Below, in pieces: positions 41,193 to 54,929 of a stretch of 64,000 nucleotides of DNA. The stretch is from assembly GCF_009914755.1 (NCBI RefSeq), contig NC_060937.1. One strand, 5' to 3'. Source of the DNA: the human T2T-CHM13v2.0 reference genome, Homo sapiens. Positions within the stretch are counted from its first letter, which is position 1. The number at the start of each line of letters is the position of its first letter. A program made the position numbers and the translations under genes. The notes under the pieces are model-generated. The model ran no database searches, was not told the origin of the DNA, and worked only from the letters and a program-made list of their open reading frames with translations.

Positions 41193-43922
41193 CCCATCAT
41201 AAACTAATTATGTTCTTTTACAGCAGCTTTACACACCCTTATTTTGTTTCCTCAATCAGACTAAAAGAGCAACAACAATAAAAAAAAATCTGGAAAATAA
41301 TTCTCTGAAAATTCTGAGCAGTAGACATTGCTAGGTATTGTTAAGGAAAGTCAGTTACTTTGGGGGGCCAATTATCTCCTCCTAGTTCATATCTACCAAG
41401 CCAAAAGTTCCCTATAGGAAAGCTCATTAGCGCAGAGGAATGAATAAGAATTAAGTGTGTGTCTCTCACCTTCTACCAAGGGAAATATATAATTCTGGAG
41501 AATTTTATTCTCGCAAAAACAGTATTCACTGTCTTGTAACCAATGTCTCCCTTAAAACAAGAAAGCCCTGCAGAGAGTTGCAGATGTGGCATGGAATTAC
41601 AAGCAACTTCATTCTGGAACCCATGCTGGTACAGACACAGCCTAAGACTGCATCCTTTTAAAGGCATTATTTCATATTGCTGAGGCTTCAAACATCACTT
41701 GGAACCCTATGAAGTCATGTGGTCCCAGTTCTGTACTTATATAATATGAAATGGCAGATTTACATTTATTCCTGTGTAATTTCAACCAGTGATTTTGGCC
41801 CATTGACCCATGCTGTTGAAATCTTTAAATATTCTCAGTCTGTCTGTCAACCAATACACTTGCTCTCTTCCTATGAAGCATCCCTTCCAGATGTCTTGCC
41901 CCTCCTCCCATGTTCCTTAGTCTCTATTTGAACACACATCTGTTCTTGTTTGCTAGATCATAAACTGTATGAGGACAAGACTTAAGTCTGTCTTGTTCAT
42001 TACTGGATCCTGGCATTTATCATAGGGCATGGCATGGTGTAGAAGCTCACTATGCTTTGAATAAGTGAAAGCATAGAAGGAGGGGAGAAATGGGAATAGG
42101 ATAAGGAAGGGAAGGGAAGGGAGACGTTATAGGTAGAGGAAGAAGAGAGAACAAGATAAGATCAAGGAACAGCAACACATATAGTGTAGAATCTAAGATG
42201 CCTGAGTTGTAAGTTATTTAACTCTCTGAGGCTCATGTTTTTATTTATAAAATATCATCACATCAACCTCACAGGATTTTTGTGAGCATGGGGGGAGATG
42301 ATGCTGCACAAACATCTGGTCTACAGGAGGTAGGACCCACTGAGGTTGACAGGCCGCCTGGGATTCTTTCACTTTCAAGCCTGCCAGGATGATCAAATGA
42401 CAAGATTCTGTGGCTCTGAGCCATTTTTGGGCTGCTGAAGGAAGTATCTGGGCCTTATGCTCGCTGCATTGCCCCTCTTTCCAAGTGAATCACTTCATTA
42501 AAATGAAAGGTTTACTAAAACAGTCTGCCAGGTTAGGATGATTCATTCCCCAGCTGTGGCCATCATCAGAAAACCATGTGCATTCAGTACAGTTATCAAG
42601 CCTGAATAGCCACTAATTTGCAGAGCTTTTGGTCTCAGTGTCATTTATTTTTGTATTTTAAAAGAGGAAGTGCACAAGACATCATTATGTCAGTCCCACA
42701 TAAGAGGCTGGTAGACTCTTAGTAAGTGGATGCACATGTTTGCATTTCCAAAAGCTTCTCTTTTCATCAAAAGAAAATACATATGTCTAATTGGCTGTTT
42801 GTGTAAAGTATGGGCATATCTATATGTTGGGTTAGTTCCTCCCTTGATGGTAAGCTATAATGAAATACATTTTTAATGTTAGATGGGGATTTTAGAAGTC
42901 TACTCTGCAAACCTCAGATTTACCACCCTATTTAGCTTGTCAAGTAAGGCTGCTACTTACATTAAATGAGTAACACCTAATCCTGAACACAATTTCAAAG
43001 TAAATTCCCTTCCTTTCCAAAACAGACAAACTAGCAAAACCTTACTTCTTCAGAGTTCTGGTAAAGGCTGAAAATCAAAACGATAAGCTTTATTCATCCT
43101 AAAAGGCTAAAGATATAAAATAGATATAAAAATAATCACACGTTAAATAAGATACTCCTATCATTACTACATTAAATATTTCCTACATGATAAATGGCCC
43201 TCTGGCACTAAAAAGGAAAGACCATCATCTTCTAATTCAATTTATTCTGGTTATGTATATGATGTATCCAAAATTGTGAGCAGCTTTTACAGCTCAGAGG
43301 CTGCCCTTTATTTGGAACTCCCTGCCTTTAATCCCTCTCCGGTTGCCACACTCCTACGTCCTGCCTATTTTTGACAACATGGAGAGGAGAACATGGTGAG
43401 GCTGGGATGGCCCAAGGGCCTCAAGAGGCTGCCCTGGGAGCAGTGATAACAGAGTGCTAGATGTTCCATTTACAATACTGAAATAGCTGCACAACAGCCC
43501 TCTGTCATTTGTTTCTAACCACAGTGAGTGACGGAGAAGATTTTCACTCTATGGGCCATATTCAGGTCCCTCCCTTCCGCATACTTTCAAATGGACTAAA
43601 CAACCAGTTTCAGCTTTGAACAGTTCTCACTTTATCAATCCCAATCTTTAAGATCTACACATGCAGGGCTTCCAACATAATGTTGAAGCCGTCAGAGGGA
43701 AACCAATTTTGTCACTATCAATAGTATTGACCCAGCAGGTATGTGTTTCACTTGAATTACGGAAGAATTGCTCGAAATCACACAATTGAAGACTGATCCA
43801 GGAGAATGTTTGCTTAGATATTTTTCTAACTTTTCCCACATCAAATCATTTAGCAAGATTTGTATCTGAAAGTACTTTTCCAATAAAATTGGATTTGACG
43901 CAAGTTGCAGAAGTTTTACAGT

Positions 43923-43937
43923 GCCAGTAGGTGGTAC
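43923..43937 (+). promoter_or_regulatory. Candidate CTCF core motif
   Basis: GCCAGTAGGTGGTAC has one mismatch to CCASYAGRKGGCRS; nearby CpGs are retained. Confidence 0.35.
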
Positions 43938-45137
43938 GACGAGGGTTGTAAAGGATGAAAATGTGTTGCCTTTGCCTGAGAATGTTAGAGAGCTGGTGGG
44001 TTAAAGAAGACAGTGAGCACATCACCCACCAAGCGAGCTTCCCTAAGGTACTGACCTTGGGCCCATGTCACAGATGATCTGACCCAGTCATTTTCCGTTT
44101 TTTGGATTATTTTAGGGACATATAAAAAGGTCACCACCAAACAATTTTCCCATGATACTTAGATCCTAGTATCATGTGGTATTTCCATGAACCAGAAAAG
44201 AGCCCTAACTTTATGCCTCCAGAACACCATGTGTGTTCTTTGCCTACCATCATTGTAGTCCTGCTAAAAGGATAGTTTTTATGGTCTTAAGGCAATGACT
44301 ATGGACAGCCAGACTTCCTAAAAGACTTCTTAGACCTCGGTAGAAAGACAGGTGCTGTATTCCTCCTTTGAACATGGATTTGTGATGTGATGTTCACTAT
44401 TCTTGCCCTTGAGTTCAAATTCTGGCAATTAAGAATAGGTGTTAACACACAGACCATTTTAAAAGCTACATTAAGCCAATGGACAGCGTAAACATGCCTG
44501 GAAATAATATATGCAGTACATGCTTCATCCAGGAAAAACACAATTACCCCAAAGAACACAATTATCCACACAGAACTTAAGTTGAGCACTAAATGAAGGT
44601 TCCACCTACAACAAGGGCCGCAGCGTGTATTTATAAGATGAAGCATGCTGTTGGGCTCTAGCTGCAGCACTGCTGGGTGAGGGGGACCTCCTTGTGAAGG
44701 CCGAGGCTGCCGGTCAGTGATGAGGGCAGGGATGCCTTCTCGGCCACCTCTGCTGACAGCTGTACAGCTGTGTCTGCTTCATGTGGCCCCCGAGACCACG
44801 GTGACCCCCTTCAATGTATGGCGTTGATTCTACTGATTTATGTCAAGGGTAGCTCTGATTTATAAGCGTATCATCAAAGCCTGAAATTGAACTTTCAAAA
44901 TAGTACGATCTAAAGATGATGCCTAGACTGAACGGGATAAAAATAAAGGCCTCTCTTGAACGGATACAAATTTGATGAGCAATGAACAAAACATAAATGA
45001 AGGTTTTTCAACAGGCCTGCCACAGACCATGGGGGAACACCCTGTCCAGGTGTGCTGTCAATTGGTGATCAAATTGTAAAATGTATTAGTGCTGCAATTG
45101 AATATATGCACTATTGGGATGCACAGTCTGACACACA

Positions 45138-45249
45138 CAGGGTGACCAGCCATCCCGCTTTGCCTGGAGTGATCCTCATTTTAACACTGAAAGCCTAATG
45201 TCTCTGGAAACTATTGAATCTCAGACAAAGTGGGCTGGTTGGTCCCCAG
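45138..45249. mobile_element. MER81-like hAT-Blackjack MITE
   Basis: Inverted ends AGGGTGACCAGCCATCCC...GGGCTGGTTGGTCCCC. Confidence 0.7.
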
Positions 45250-45570
45250 CAGATAGGACACTAGGCTGATGGGGTAGTGGGTGGCAAAGCGGACTGAGGT
45301 CAGAGGCACAGCATGAGGTCAAGTCAGCGGCAAAGAGGATAATTTGTACACCTCAACAGAGTGGATATGCCAAGGGGTAGTCAGGACAATAGGCTTAACA
45401 GTGTTGGAGAGAGAACACGTGCGTGTGACACAGGTGAGCACCTTTACAGGCTCTGTGAGACAGTGTCACTGTGCTGAGTTGTCATTATTGCTGATTTGTT
45501 GAGTATTGTTTTAGGCCTCTCAATCCCTTCATAGCTGTTGCCTATATTCTAGCATTTGAAAGTATTCTGT

Positions 45571-46302
45571 TGATATGGGCAGGAGGCAGGGAAATATTGG
45601 ATACCAGGGGGTGATTCCCCGACAAAGGCCCTACCATCAAGCCTGAAGACCCACAGCCCTAAGTGGGAACAGCATTTCTGTTTTCATGTCCTTTTGGCCT
45701 GCCATGCCCCCCTATCCTGTACCCATATAAATCCCGAGACCCAGGCTCCAGAAGCAGACCTGTAGGTGAGGAGACAAGCACACGAACTGTGGAATGACGT
45801 GGCAGAGAAAGAGAGAAGAGGAGGGATGTCTGAATGCTGAGATGAGTTTGGCTGGGGGTGGTCAGAGAGGAGTTTGGCTGCTGGACGGCCAGGCTTCAAG
45901 GGAAGATCGTGTTCCCACTCCAACCCCTCTTTGGCTCCCCATCCATCCCACTGAGAGCCACCTCCATCACTCAGTAAAACTCCCACATTCATCCTTTAAG
46001 TCTGTGTGTGACTTGATTCTTCCAGGATGCTGGACAAGAGCTCAGGATACAGAAAGCTGTCACACTGGCCCTCTGCCCTTGAGAAAAGGCAGAGGGTCCA
46101 CTGAGCTGGATAACACTCACACTATCTGCGGACAGCAGGGCTAAAAGGGCACACTGTAACACATGACAACTTGGGCTCCTATACCTGTCCATCTGTGTGC
46201 TCCCCCCCCCCTCAGAGGCTTGATCAGGTTCAGAGACCGAGCAGGTGAGCCACACCCTTGTTGCACATCCTACGAGGGGGACCAGGGAACTCTCCCGTTT
46301 CA
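45571..46302 (+). mobile_element. ERV1 solo LTR (LTR1 family)
   Basis: TGATA...CCCGTTTCA termini, TATAAA at ~45727; perfect 4-bp TSD CTGT. Confidence 0.88.
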
Positions 46303-47373
46303 CTGTGAATACAACAAAGTTGAAAGCCTCATACAGATGTGTAAGCTGATGTGTGTATCATTCATACTACTCAGAGGGACCCCAGTGTCACAACCCTTCT
46401 TGGCTTATGGTAAGAGATGGATAAATCCTCACCTTTAGGATGCTGAGAGGGACTTTCACTATTATTATCAAAGCTAAGAAAAATATTTATCCAGGCCCAC
46501 CCTCTCTAAAGAGAACCGCTCACAACTGGGCCAAACTCCATCCTCCAGGGCCCGCACACCCTGTTGCCATCAACCATACCCCTGTCCACCCTCTCCCAGC
46601 CTAGTAGATGTGGTGGTGAATGGGAAGGGAGAGTTTTCATAGTACAGTGTGCCTTGATGGTAAGTTTTTTCACAGAGATGATTCCTCTCTTCTTACTACA
46701 AAGGCCATACCTACTGAGGCTGCTAGAGACAGAAAAAAATCAGACTGAACCAGAGTGAGCCCCAAAATGCCTGTTCCTCCCCAACAAACAAGGGTTGTGC
46801 ATAAAGAGATTTCCATCCTTAACTTCATTTCTGCCACACTCCCTCCAGGGCAGGGAGGGGACGGCTCATGGCAAAGGCACAAACCCTTGCTTGCAACTGT
46901 GCAGGGAAGAGACCTCCAGGAGTTCTATCTACTCTGAGTTGAGGAGCTAACACTAATTACTGGCCCTTCTGCTCATGTTCCCCAAACTGACACATATCAT
47001 GATGGTCTACAGGTAGTATAAGACTCTTCATAAGCACTAAAGAAAGAGCACATGTATGCAGGTCAATTTTTATATCAAGTATAAATAAAAAGCATAAATA
47101 TACATACATAAGTTGATTATCTTCATCTGACCACTTTCCAAATGTGTTCATTAATGAAGCCTACTGAAATACTAAAGGAGCCAAGTATACACTCAACAAT
47201 AACAAAGGATTCATCTTCAAAATGAATTTTCAAATTTGGCTTCGTGGCGTCCCAAATTCTGAACATGCCTTGAACCTGTCACCAGCCCTGGGCTGTGACC
47301 ACTCTGATGTGCAGATTTTTACAGGCATGGGAACTAAGAAATGATCCTGGGTCAATGATGTGCATTTCATTAC

Positions 47374-47470
47374 CTGCACCCTCACTGGCTCGGCCTTCCT
47401 GAGAGGGCTCCTGCTGGCCCTGGTGACTAAGAGGCTGCTCCTCCAGCCCTACAGTCAGCAGTGTTGCCAT
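47374..47470 (-). other. Candidate first coding exon segment (ATG in ACAATGG context to donor CAG|GTAATG)
   Basis: 32 codons plus 1 nt (MATLLTVGLEEQPLSHQGQQEPSQEGRASEGA); strong Kozak context and a good donor. No homology recognised. Confidence 0.25.
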
Positions 47471-50400
47471 TGTGTCCGCCTCACTTCCTCCCCTCTTGCA
47501 AATGATCGCCAGGTACCCAGGCCCCACAGTTTTCACTTGTTCTATTATTTACTCCTGTTCCTTCAGAACCCATCAGCACATTGACAGTTCAGCAGCTAGC
47601 AAACTATTCATCCCAAGTCCACAATGCAGCACATTTTCTTCTCTTTAAAATTTTTTTGAAACATCTGCTTTTGTTTCCATGGTAATCATAGGGGTATTTT
47701 TTTCTTAATAGAACTTTGAACTGCTTTTAAATTCTGAATGAATACTGCTTTGCATTTAACAAACCAGAATCAGTTCAAAATGACTGCAAAAAACCTTCCT
47801 AGTCAAGCTTAAACGAGACAAGCATGTTAACAAACAAGATGGCAGAAACAAAAATGTTGACTCATTGCTGCTAACCCCATCTGTAGGTGATGAGCAGGAC
47901 TGATGAAGATTTCAATAAAGTATAATTTGTTTATATATTAAATTTTTAAAGTTGAAAGTAAATAGACAAGTTTCTGTATTTGAACCACAATGTTTGCAGT
48001 GGAAATAAAGAATAATTTAATCTTTATGCCAGATCTCGAAGGTAGTCCTTACAGACTCACTATATACAGATACAAAAGCTACAAAATAACACAAAGTTTC
48101 TTATCAAGAAGATAGGCAGAGCAAATGAAGCTCTAACCAAAACAGGAAAAGTTTTCAGACATAAAATTAACATATTCAGTTGTTAAACTTGTTGATTGGA
48201 AGAGATCATGACTATATAATTAAGGATGTTCAATTAAGGCCATTTGACATATAGAACTGGAAAAAAGGTGCAAAGTCTGACCTGAAGATGTAGATCTGGG
48301 AATTATCCATGTAAATTTGGTGATAAGACCATGAATGGGAACTAAATCTTGGGAAACACAGAGCTGGGCAGAGGAATAAGAGCTGCTACCAAGGACATCA
48401 GTAAAAATAGTCAAGAGAAGCAGAGAAATGAGATACCAGTGAGGTCAAGGCAAGAAGACAAGTAGAAGGGGTCAGCAACTTTGCAAGACTTTTTCTCATT
48501 TGATCCCACATGTACTGAATGCCAAGCATGGTATATAAAAGTGTACCTATATCTATACCTATATCTTTACCTATCTATCTAGGGAATATAGAGGGAATAT
48601 GAATGACATCACAGCAGCTGCCTTGGAGCCCTGGAGCCTGAAGACATTTGAGATGGATACACCTAAGGAGAGGAGGAGAAGGTGGCAGGCAGATTTGAAA
48701 AAAATGTGGATTACCATTAAAAAAGGATTTGTAAGCAATTTCAGAAATATAATCTCCAAGCCTCAGGAATTATTTTACCCTTACTTTTTAAGAACTGGTA
48801 TTATTATACTCATAATGAGAGTCATAAATTATGAACAAGAAGAAGGTTGGTTATTATTATTTGTTTAGTATTACCAGCCTTTTCAATTCCACACAAGAGG
48901 GTAACAGAAACAAAGCTGTGAGGATACCTTGCAGTTTGAACATTTCTGGGAATTTGCATTTAACAAGGAAAGATCATCACTGTAAATATATTTTCAATTT
49001 GTAACAGCTGAGACTCATAAATGGAGATTATATGACACATAACAAGTGACAGGTTATCAGCATGTGTTGGCAAGAGCCCTTTGGCTATTAAAAGATAATT
49101 AAAACTCACTATAATCTTCCAGCTGCTTCATTTAGTCATTTTGTTTTATATGAATGTGATAAGGCTCTGATGCATTTTAAATGGACAGCTCCCCTTTATC
49201 AGCTTCTTGGGTTAAGCCAGTGAGAGTCCCCTCATTTGCAAATCTCCTTCTAGCTACACAATTTACACAAAGCATCTTCCTCTGGCTTGATCGTCAATGA
49301 TTCTGGTTGCCATGGAGAATTGGGGGTCATCTTTTATCTGGCGTAGTTAAAGCAAGGAATTGCCCACCCATATTATGTGATTGGAGTGAATGCTTCCATA
49401 ACCATTTTCCTAAAAAAATAGATGTGCTAGAGAGCAGTTGTTCTATGTTCTCAATAGAAGAAGAGCAAAAAAGAACAGGTTTCAACTGGATTTCGATTCA
49501 ACTTAGAAATAGTTTAATGGCTATGAAGACCAGAAACACACAAGACACCATGCAATCGTCAATGCTGGAGATTAGGAAGAAAGAAAAAAAAAAAAGAGTG
49601 GCCTTTTCAGTGTGTATTGTTTGCACGCTCTCTAGCTGGAAGGCACGCAGATGGATTACAAAACATTTCAGGCTATTTCTAAATGCAGAGTAGTGGAATA
49701 TTTCCGAGAACCATTCTTGCAATTATTTTCAATTAAATCTTTATGTGTAGTTTTTCTTACACAAGGACTTAATAGAGCCACAAACCCTTTTATGGTCAGG
49801 CTGATTTGGAGAAGGATAACAGGGATCAGTGCAATGGAATTCTGCAATGCATGCTCAACTCTGGAGCCACAGTGACCTATCTAGGCCTTTGCTTCCATAC
49901 AGAAAACAAGGTTTCTCCTTAATTTGCTCTTCCTAGAACAGACCATGCTCTCTCACTGTGCTTGACTACAGCACATGAGATCTTTCTCCTATAAGTGTCT
50001 TTCTGTTCTTCAAGTGTTGTGCCATACTGTTGGAAAACAACATCTTTCTGTTCTATCTTTGCTGGGCTGTCTCTTTCAAAAGTCAACAGGAACATTGCCT
50101 AATCTTGGAAGCCTTCCCTAAGCATTTAGTATGGATTCTGGAGCTCCCCTTGGATCCTGCACTAATGCCTACCCTTGTACTTCTGTCCTGTACTATCATT
50201 ACCTCTCTACCTCCCTCCCTTCCTCCCCTGCCCCCACTAGAATGGAAGCTCCTGGAGGGTGGGGCCCACATCTTGTCTTGCCCAGCATCTAACAGTTGCT
50301 GAATAAATGTTGAATGAATAAATGCAGGAATGGATGAGAAAAATTATCTTTTGAGAAACAAACTTGTGAGATTGTTACAGTCCTTGTTTTCATAGGGACT

Positions 50401-50903
50401 GACAGTATCTTCTTTCTGAGATTTTGGTAGAAATTAAAAATTAATAGAGAAGCATATATCAGTAAGGAGGATATTGGGCAAGAATGTGCACAGGAATAAA
50501 AAGGACCTCTTCAAAATGGGACTCTCAGCAATGCCTCCACTCTTAAACTTCACACTGGCTTTGGTGTCAGTTCCCATGATCTGATGCAATCTCAACCCTG
50601 GGTAGAGGATGCTTCCTTTCTTTTGACATTGCCAGACTCCATCACATCTACATAGTTGTCATGCAAAGAGAGCACTGAAAGTGGTTTGTGCATTCTTATT
50701 AGGTCTCAAAAGATCAAGAGCAAAGGAATCCTCTGTTTATGGTTCAGTTGGGCCTAGGAAATCGCCAAAAAGTGATAATACGCTTGCTTGAGTTTAAAAA
50801 TCATTACCAATATTCCAAATTTAACCTGAACTGAAAGCAAATTAAAAGCTCAACTTATATCTATTTATGCAGGCACTTCCTAGGCAATGATGACCTTCCA
50901 TAT

Positions 50904-50986
50904 TAATATGGTTTGGCTGTATCCCTACCCAAATCTCATCTTGAACTGTAGCTCCTATAATTCCCACATGTCATGGGAGGGACCTG
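50904..50986 (+). mobile_element. THE1 LTR, 5' ~80 bp only
   Basis: TATGGTTTGGCTGT.TCCC.ACCCAAATCTCATCTTGAA matches the THE1 LTR start, then stops abruptly. Confidence 0.85.
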
Positions 50987-51121
50987 CTACTCAGGAAGCT
51001 AAGGCAGGATAATGCTCGAACTCAGGAGGTGGAAGTTGCAGTGAGCCGAGATCGTGCCACTGCACTCCAGCCTGGGTAAGAAAGTGAGATTCCATCTCCA
51101 AAAAAAAAAAAAAAAAAAAAA
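50987..51121 (+). mobile_element. Alu right-arm 3' fragment
   Basis: CTACTCAGGAAGCTAAGGCAGG...poly(A); no TSD. Confidence 0.92.
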
Positions 51122-52252
51122 TTAGACAGTTAAAATATCTCCTATAATTACCTCATAACAATCCTTTGAGGTGGGAAGGATTAGTCTAATTTCTACAAAG
51201 AACCTGAGGCAGCATGGGGTTAGATAACTGGTCCATGGTCAAACATCTAGGCCTGGTGGAGCCTGGGTTTTAACCCAGGTCTTTCTAACTTTCCAGCTAG
51301 TGTTCTTCATGATTACATCACAGTACCTCCCACATAGTTAAAACATACAAAGGATTTCAAATATTCATTTGCCATAGATTCAAAACCTTATCGTAGCATC
51401 TTTCGCACTTATTTGCAATGAAAGAGAAAGGGGTGGATTTCCAGCTGGTGGTCTGGGAGCTGTGCTCGCTGCAGCTCACAGTGGGCAGCCATTGCCAACG
51501 CTGCTTCAACAGTGGAGGCAGGTCTATTTCTGTTTCATCTTACTGCCCTCTACATTTTACGGGGGAGGTCATCAAATCTGAAGCCCCAGGAAGTGTAAAC
51601 ATCCACTTTTGTCTGTTACTGTGAACAAAGGTTCAAAATTGTGACTTCAAAGCATGGCAGACACTTTCCTAAGACAGAGCCTGGACACTGTCCAAGCTCA
51701 GGGCTCACTCAGCCCTTTGAACAGCTGTTACCCAATCCGTTCATTCAGAGCCTTTCATGTACATGTTTTGTACATCAACTAATATCTAGATATTGCGACT
51801 TCTTTTATCTACATTTGAAACCAAAATTTACCTTACCAAAACATTTACATAAAAGAATTCATAAGTTTGACTTTGAAACTCTCTGTAGTGTAATATCTTA
51901 ATAAACAGGATTTTTTTCCCTTGAAAACGTAAGTGTTTCTGAATAAATGGAGAATCAGAATTTTCAGGAAATCTGATAAGTTCAAGAAGAGTTAACACTT
52001 ATTCCTCTGAACTCCTAAGCCACGTCCTTCCCGTCTTCATTAGAGGGCATTCCTGGTGTAATTATTTAGATTCATGCCTGTCTTCTCTCCAAGTCCCTAT
52101 AGGGCAATAACTATGATCTAGTCATCTCTCAATTTACAATCTTCAAAGAAGACTCTGGTACACAGAAGACATTTAAGAGACATTTGTTAAAAGATTGAAC
52201 AAAGGAATGAATTCATTTGTATCTATCTAGGGATCCTTATTTTTATTTAGCT

Positions 52253-52470
52253 CAATGGTTCTCATCTGCAGGGATTTTTGCTCCCCTGAGAACACAGGGC
52301 AATGTCTGGAGACATGTTTGGTTTTCACAACTTGTGGGTTAGATCTCTTCTGGTATCCAGAGGTAAAAACTATGGATGCCTCTTAGCATCCCACAATGCA
52401 TAGGACAGTCCCCACAAAAAACAATTACCTGGCCCCCAAATGTCGATAGTGGGGAGATTGAGAACCCCAA
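52253..52470 (+). mobile_element. MER20 hAT fossil
   Basis: GGCAATGTCTGGAGACA...CCCACAATGCATAGGACAG...AAATGTC.ATAGTG. Confidence 0.85.
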
Positions 52471-53749
52471 TTTAGATAGAGAGTAACTACAAAAATTCCA
52501 TACACAGACAAGAGATCTCAGAAATAAGCCAGCGCTCCTTTTAGAGAAAATGCAGTGGCACCCACTCATATCATTTATAGAAACTATTTCACGGAAACAT
52601 AAACCAAATTGGAGATCCCAGGTGGTCATTTTCATCTCACAGCTCATTTTTGTTCTCCCGGCATAAGCCTCAACTAGATAACATCTTTGGACTTTCAGAG
52701 GTCAGCATTTATATGCTGACCCCATAGCCCAGAATAACCCAAAGAACGAGACTTTCATTCAATAACAGTGGCATTATTTTTTATTGTGGGTCATGGCTCA
52801 TAATACGCAATTCAGCTAAAAGGGAAAGATACAAAACATTTGAGATGACTGGCAGGAGAAAACTCTAAAAATTCTCCAGCACAAAAGGGGATTAAAATGT
52901 CACAGGAAATTTTTTTCTTGAAAATGGAAGGGCTTATGAATGCTTCATTCTTTCCAGAACAGTTAAAACACTGTATGCACGGGTTGCTTGGGTTCGGAAG
53001 GCAGGGCAGCCCATTCCTTTTGTTCTGTTGCTCAACCCTAGAAGGCTTTCCCTGGTGAACTCGGGCCCACGAGCAGTGAGAAGTTAGGAGGAGGAAGATG
53101 CTTCATCTAAATGAACAATCTGGATTGTGTTCATCCTCCCTCTTAGAAGTGAAGAGAGACTGCCTTAAGCTGAGAAGCAAAACAGACTAAGCGGGCAAAG
53201 CCAAGTCTTTCACTGGAGATAACATTTGCCTGATATTTTAACTGTCATCTATTACCTGAAGACTCATTTATCCAAGGACGAATGAAGCCAGCTCTTGCAC
53301 TGACATGGAATTCAAAGTGATGAATAGGTCTATCAGCAAGGATGACTCACAGTGAGACATTCTGCATCAGGTGGCATGAATCAGGTGTCAATGGGAAGCT
53401 GGGCCCCGTCTGCCTGCCTCGGTCCTGCCTCTGCTAGAGGCTCCGTCCTGTTACTCTCCAGCCACCAGCCAGTGGGGGGACCTCGCACAGAGGTGGCAGC
53501 CCTGTGCTGCAGCTGCACTTTTCAGCCTGCCTGTTAGATATGATGGGGGCTCTAAGGGGATAATGAGTGTTTCTTTCCTGACAATCTGCAGATGATTCGA
53601 ACTTTCTGGGGTTTAAATTAATTTCCTGTTTGGCATGTTTGCAGGAGGAGAAAACAATTATCTCCAAAATTACAAGTAATTAGCTGTTTGCTTATTGTTG
53701 TGGGATAAGATCTTACTTCCCTCCCACACCACACCCAGAACCCCCCCCC

Positions 53750-53763
53750 ACACACACACACAC

Positions 53764-53795
<32 letters not shown>
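53750..53795 (+). repeat. (CA)n microsatellite
   Basis: Directly visible. Confidence 0.97.
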
Positions 53796-53799
<4 letters not shown>

Positions 53800-54230
53800 G
53801 TACTCTAGTTTTTCAGTTGTTATTTACAAGTCTCGATCTGGGAGGTTAGAGTCCAGTTCCCACCCAGGCCTTACCGAAATCTTCACTCTGCTCATGTAAG
53901 CCCTGCCCCTGGATCCTAATGAGTAAAGAAAACTGCAGGAGCACAATGTCCATCCCAGTGACTTCTGCTTATTAGATGGGTGTGGTGGATGCCCAGAATT
54001 CCAGGAAAGCAAGAATACCCACTCCCCACTCCAAGTCCTCTCTCTACAGGCAGGTGGCAAGGCCAGCTCAAGTACCATAGGAAATAAAGACATGAGACCG
54101 AAGATCTCAAGATGAGAGTCTACATTCTGGCTCATCACTTACTAGTCGTAGAATCTTAAGCAAGTCACTCAGCTTCTCTGAACCCCAGTTTCCTCATTTT
54201 ATTAGAAGGATTATAAAACCCCCTGTAAAG

Positions 54231-54441
54231 TAGCGTTTCTCAACAGTGGCACTATTTTGGGCCACATAATTCTTTGGTGTGGGGGAGCATCCTGTACATT
54301 ACAGGAAGTTCAGCAGCATCACTGGCCTCTGCCCACTAGATGCCAGCAGCACCCACCCCCTAGTTGTGATCATCAACAGTATCTCCAGATATTACCAAAT
54401 GTTCCCTGGAGGGCAAAATTGTACCTGCTTGCAAGCCTCTG
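54231..54441 (-). mobile_element. MER20 hAT fossil, opposite orientation to 52253-52470
   Basis: GGCCTCTGCCCACTAGATGCCAG...TCTCCAGATATTACCAAATG. Confidence 0.85.
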
Positions 54442-54929
54442 CTGTAAAGGAGCCCCCTCTCCTTTAAATGTTTAATAAAACATCACCCAGAAACTTTAAT
54501 TCTACCTCCCAAGGATTCAGGAGCAGCAAAGTAAACAGCTACAAATGAAATGAGAGAACTTTTGGTGGAAAACCAGGTTTGGGATAAAATTGAGTACCAA
54601 TTGGCCTTGCTTAGAGATTCTGGATTTTGTTTTAATCTTGGGAAGGGAGTGGGAGTATGTTCTTCTTTCCTGTTTCACGGGGTTTGTAGGGGCTTAAATG
54701 AGCCTAATGTATTTGAAACTGCACAGAATGATGCCTGCAACTATTCACACAGTCACAACCAAAGAATTGGTGCAATGCAGCTGGCATACATGGAATGTCA
54801 CCCGAGCACTCTCTTCATGTTGGGGACAAAAGAACATCGCGTGATGATTCTAGTTGGAGCATTCAGTCAAATGAATCAGTTAGGTGCCAGCCACATGCCA
54901 GAAAAAATGACAGGAACCCAGCATTACTG

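Noticed and set aside
44151-44176. 9-bp stem hairpin CATGATACT-N8-AGTATCATG
   Set aside because: Plausible by chance in 64 kb, with no supporting context.
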